Shown piece after piece: positions 28,926-32,000 of a DNA stretch of 32,000 nt. Below the pieces are notes generated by a model, which was given only the letters and a program-made list of their open reading frames with translations, was not told the origin of the DNA and ran no database searches. The position numbers and the translations under genes were made by a program. The first letter of the stretch is position 1. The number at the start of each line of letters is the position of its first letter. Source of the stretch: Candidatus Saccharimonadota bacterium (GTDB lineage: Bacteria > Patescibacteriota > Saccharimonadia > Saccharimonadales > Saccharimonadaceae); contig JBAQRV010000001.1 in the NCBI GenBank assembly GCA_049296095.1, positions 390,001 through 422,000 of the forward strand, read 5' to 3'.

Positions 28926-31700
28926 TTACCGTAATTTAATCGACACACCGTCCGCGTTACCCTCACCAGGTTCGCGGATATGTAATTTGTGGTTGTCTTC
29001 GGGGTTGACCTGAGGAGCTTCTTGAGGCGGCACAGGAACGGTTGGACCAAAGGCTGGGTTTGGAGGCGTTACTGGAGTCGCAGCAGGCTTAGCAGCGAGC
29101 TGCTGGCGCTTAGCGAGCCATTCATCGAGGAAAGATGGCTCACCCGCCGCTGGCGCCGCCTGAGCACCGGGCGCCCGTGGAGCGCCTTGATTCTGCAAGG
29201 CTGCCATTCTCTCTTGTTGTGCTTGTTTCAAGGCCTCCATCTTTGCCTTGCGTGCCGCGTCACCCGCTCCGAGGCGGGCAAAGATCTCGCGCTCGACCTC
29301 GGCCCGTGGACGTCCATACTTGGCACTGGAAAGTTTTTTAATTGCATCTCGCAGTTGCGGGTTTGACTGCCCAAGCGGTGGAATCAACGACATACTAAAG
29401 GCCGCTGACGGGACATTATTGATCATGACTGAGGCAATCGTCTGGAAGTTCGGCAGCTTGGTGAGATCCTCGGCATCAAAGGTCGGCGCGAATTTTTTCA
29501 CCAATATCTCGGCGTCAGTAATACCGATACGACCACTAATAACCGTTCCGATATTACCAAGGACCGCTTCACGAATCTGATCGGTCAGCTGGGTCATGAA
29601 CTGGTTGGCAAGAATCAAACTCAGGCGATACTTTCGGGCCTCGGACAGGATTGTCGCAAAGCTCTCGGTGGCGAAGTTCTGGAACTCATCAACGTAGAGT
29701 GAAAAGTCTTCACGTTCATTCTCAGGTACGTCGGCGCGGCCCATGGCTGCCGCCTGAAACTTCATCACAAAGATCATACCGAGCAGTTGCGAGTTCAGCT
29801 CACCTAGCTTTCCTTTGGATAGATTCACCAACAAGATTTTCTTGTTATCCATAATATCGCGCAGGTTAAAGCCACTCTTAGTCTGGCCCATGATGTTGCG
29901 CATCATTTCATTCGACAAGAAAGCACCGAACTTCGACACGAACCAACCGAGCACCTCTGACTTGTTCGCCTCACTGGTTTGCGCCATTTCCTTATTCCAG
30001 AAATCAAGGACGGTACGGTCAGTGACGTGCTTTAGTTTCTCATCAGTAAATGACTGGTCATTAAAGACTTGCGGAACATCAATGAAGGTCGAACCAGCTG
30101 GATCACTCATGATTGTGAGGGCAGCGTTACGGAACCAATGCTCGTAGCGTGGACCGATGATACCGGTGTGACCTGGGTCATAGAGCTTATAGAGCATAGC
30201 AATCGACTCTTGAATGAGGAAGTCGCGCTGGTCTTGATTTTCAAACTCGAACAAGTTGAGTCCGATCGGCATCTCCATATCACCTGGGCTAAAGTAAATC
30301 ACGTCCTCTACCCGTTCTTTTGGCACCATGCCTAATAATTCCTCGGCAGAATCACCATGCGGATCAATAAAGGCGAAGCCACGACCGTCCATCATGTCTT
30401 GATAGGCAAGATTTTCGAGTAATTTAGACTTACCAGTTCCGGTCTGTCCAATAACATAAGTGTGACGTCGGCGATCGTTTGTGGACAGCCGAATCGGCTT
30501 CTTGACACCTCTAAACTCGTTATAGCCCAGCAGGAAGCCTTCCTCTAAAATTTGGGTTGGACCATCAACCTGCTTGGCTGCTTGGCGCTGAACCTGTGAG
30601 GTTGGGATCGAACCCTGATCTGGCAAGTGGAAGATAGTCGCCAGCTCGACCGTGTTGAGGATATTCTGATTGACCTCCTGCGGGAAAAACCTAAATATAT
30701 AAGCAGTGACAAATTCTTCAATGTTTTTGGTAATCGTAAACTTAAAGCCATTATTTGAAGTTGAATCAAACAATGAAAAGGCCGAAACGACGCTGTTCAT
30801 CAGCGCCTGCGATTTTCCAGATGTATTCGAAGAGGCCACTACTCGAACCAAAACTTCATAGCCTGGATAACGAGTTTTATTCTCGATACCTTCAACAATC
30901 CCTTGTTCTAAACTACTGAGTTGCTTGTCTTCTGGTTTAGCTTCTTTGGTCTCGGGTGGTTTCCAGAGCGCTTCCATGAGGCCTTTCATATTCACCGCTC
31001 CACCCAGTCCGCCTGATTTCACCCCTTTATCTTTGCGGATATTCTCTGCAATAGTAATCGCACTCTTATCCCAGCCTTGATGTGCCGGACGGATCAGGAT
31101 CTGCACCCCGAGACCATCTTCGCGACCAGCACTTGATAAGGCGTTGAGAAGGGCCCGAGCGGCATCACGCTTGGTCTCCTGAAAGGTTGCGATCGGGTAG
31201 GCATAGTTTTTCTTGAGCGTAAATTCACCACCAATCGTGCCACTCATACGACCAGCTGGGTTAAAGATATTGCGCTCCTCGACCTCTTCGAGTCGAGCCG
31301 CTGGATAGGCCGCCGCCACTGCCTGAGTAATGGTATCAATCATCGCGATTGGAACGACAACGTAATAGTGAACCAGCCCTTCGTGGGCCACAACCTCGAA
31401 TGAGACGTGACGTTGCCCGTAGACACGACTCTTGAAACCTTTGGTCGCCGTACTCGCGATAATGTTGTACATCACCTGAGCCTGAGACAATACCTCTTCG
31501 GTTAAGTCTCGCTCATCGCGGCCGCCACCTTCAATATCATCACTGGCTGGTGGGATATGAATATAAAGTGGCACCATCTTGAGGCCGCGTTCATAGTTCT
31601 TGGCTTCACGCAGTACCCGACGGTACTGCATCAAGACAAAAGCTACCACACCCGCGACGAGCAGGACGATCACTATGACTGTTATAACAAACCCGATCAC
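28926..31700 (-). CDS. Type IV secretion coupling-protein-like ATPase (TraD/TrwB/VirD4 family; membrane-anchored, 924 aa)
   Basis: There is an N-terminal TM. Walker A is VIGQTGTGKSKLL followed by FIDPHGD. Walker B and the TraG-D_C-like region read LYVDEFQNFATESFATILSEARKYRLSLILANQFMTQL. The C-terminal tail is Pro/Ala-rich. The GTG start is uncertain. Confidence 0.75.
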   Translation of the reverse strand: MIGFVITVIVIVLLVAGVVAFVLMQYRRVLREAKNYERGLKMVPLYIHIPPASDDIEGGGRDERDLTEEVLSQAQVMYNIIASTATKGFKSRVYGQRHVSFEVVAHEGLVHYYVVVPIAMIDTITQAVAAAYPAARLEEVEERNIFNPAGRMSGTIGGEFTLKKNYAYPIATFQETKRDAARALLNALSSAGREDGLGVQILIRPAHQGWDKSAITIAENIRKDKGVKSGGLGGAVNMKGLMEALWKPPETKEAKPEDKQLSSLEQGIVEGIENKTRYPGYEVLVRVVASSNTSGKSQALMNSVVSAFSLFDSTSNNGFKFTITKNIEEFVTAYIFRFFPQEVNQNILNTVELATIFHLPDQGSIPTSQVQRQAAKQVDGPTQILEEGFLLGYNEFRGVKKPIRLSTNDRRRHTYVIGQTGTGKSKLLENLAYQDMMDGRGFAFIDPHGDSAEELLGMVPKERVEDVIYFSPGDMEMPIGLNLFEFENQDQRDFLIQESIAMLYKLYDPGHTGIIGPRYEHWFRNAALTIMSDPAGSTFIDVPQVFNDQSFTDEKLKHVTDRTVLDFWNKEMAQTSEANKSEVLGWFVSKFGAFLSNEMMRNIMGQTKSGFNLRDIMDNKKILLVNLSKGKLGELNSQLLGMIFVMKFQAAAMGRADVPENEREDFSLYVDEFQNFATESFATILSEARKYRLSLILANQFMTQLTDQIREAVLGNIGTVISGRIGITDAEILVKKFAPTFDAEDLTKLPNFQTIASVMINNVPSAAFSMSLIPPLGQSNPQLRDAIKKLSSAKYGRPRAEVEREIFARLGAGDAARKAKMEALKQAQQERMAALQNQGAPRAPGAQAAPAAGEPSFLDEWLAKRQQLAAKPAATPVTPPNPAFGPTVPVPPQEAPQVNPEDNHKLHIREPGEGNADGVSIKLR

Positions 31701-31724
31701 CCCTCTATAAGTCTTGGTGGCACC

Positions 31725-32000
31725 TTACTGCGCCGCACCAAGTTCCTTCCCGTATCGTTTTCTTAAATAATCTTTCTGTAATTGGTTCACCTTTTGCGTG
31801 CGGCTGTGTGGATCATCTTTTGTTTCATCAATGATCTTCTTTGCCTTGTCCACCCACTCCTTCTCGATCACATCCTCGTCGGCTGCAACAGCAGGGCTTC
31901 CTATGGATGCATCCTGAACGATCGGAGAAGACGGAACTACTGGCGTGACGACCGGTGCACCTGTCGCGGCAGCATCAGCCGCAGCCGCCTGAGCTTCAGC
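31725..32000 (-). CDS. C-terminal 91 codons of a hypothetical protein whose start lies beyond the window end
   Basis: Hand translation of the - strand gives AEAQAAAADAAATGAPVVTP...IEKEWVDKAKKIIDETKDDPHSRTQKVNQLQKDYLRKRYGKELGAAQ*. The frame is open to the window edge. It is absent from the track because it has no in-window start. Confidence 0.55.
   Translation of the reverse strand, partial: AEAQAAAADAAATGAPVVTPVVPSSPIVQDASIGSPAVAADEDVIEKEWVDKAKKIIDETKDDPHSRTQKVNQLQKDYLRKRYGKELGAAQ

Overview
The window looks like a chromosomal segment of a Candidatus Saccharibacteria (TM7, CPR/Patescibacteria) bacterium. The 16S gene contains sequences I recall as the TM7-specific probe targets (CCGTCAATTCCTTTATGTTTTA, CCTACGCAACTCTTTACGCC) and the TM7-typical U at E. 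coli position 912. The backbone is about 50% G+C by hand count of sample lines. It carries housekeeping genes: priA-def-fmt on the + strand, and rpsA-infB and gyrB-gyrA-DUF212 on the - strand. A complete rRNA locus lies on the - strand in the order 16S, tRNA-Ala, tRNA-Ile, two small CDS, 23S, 5S. This locus is the most unusual part of the window. It appears to be split into separately promoted and terminated units. Two translationally coupled coiled-coil protein genes sit between tRNA-Ile and 23S. The 23S gene carries two non-coding expansion insertions, about 225 nt in the helix-63 region and about 145 nt in domain I. Accessory content includes a compositional mosaic at 6.4-7.8 kb, where a ~35% GC gene with an HxxEH motif sits next to a ~65% GC 57-codon mini-gene with Actinobacteria-like codon usage. 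It also includes a four-gene operon encoding three unrelated hydrolases, secreted Actinobacteria-type peptidases (DUF3152-like, M14), two LPxTG sortase substrates, and a TraD/VirD4-like type IV coupling ATPase. I saw no CRISPR array, transposase, integrase or recognisable defence system. All calls rest on motif reading by eye, and no database search was possible.
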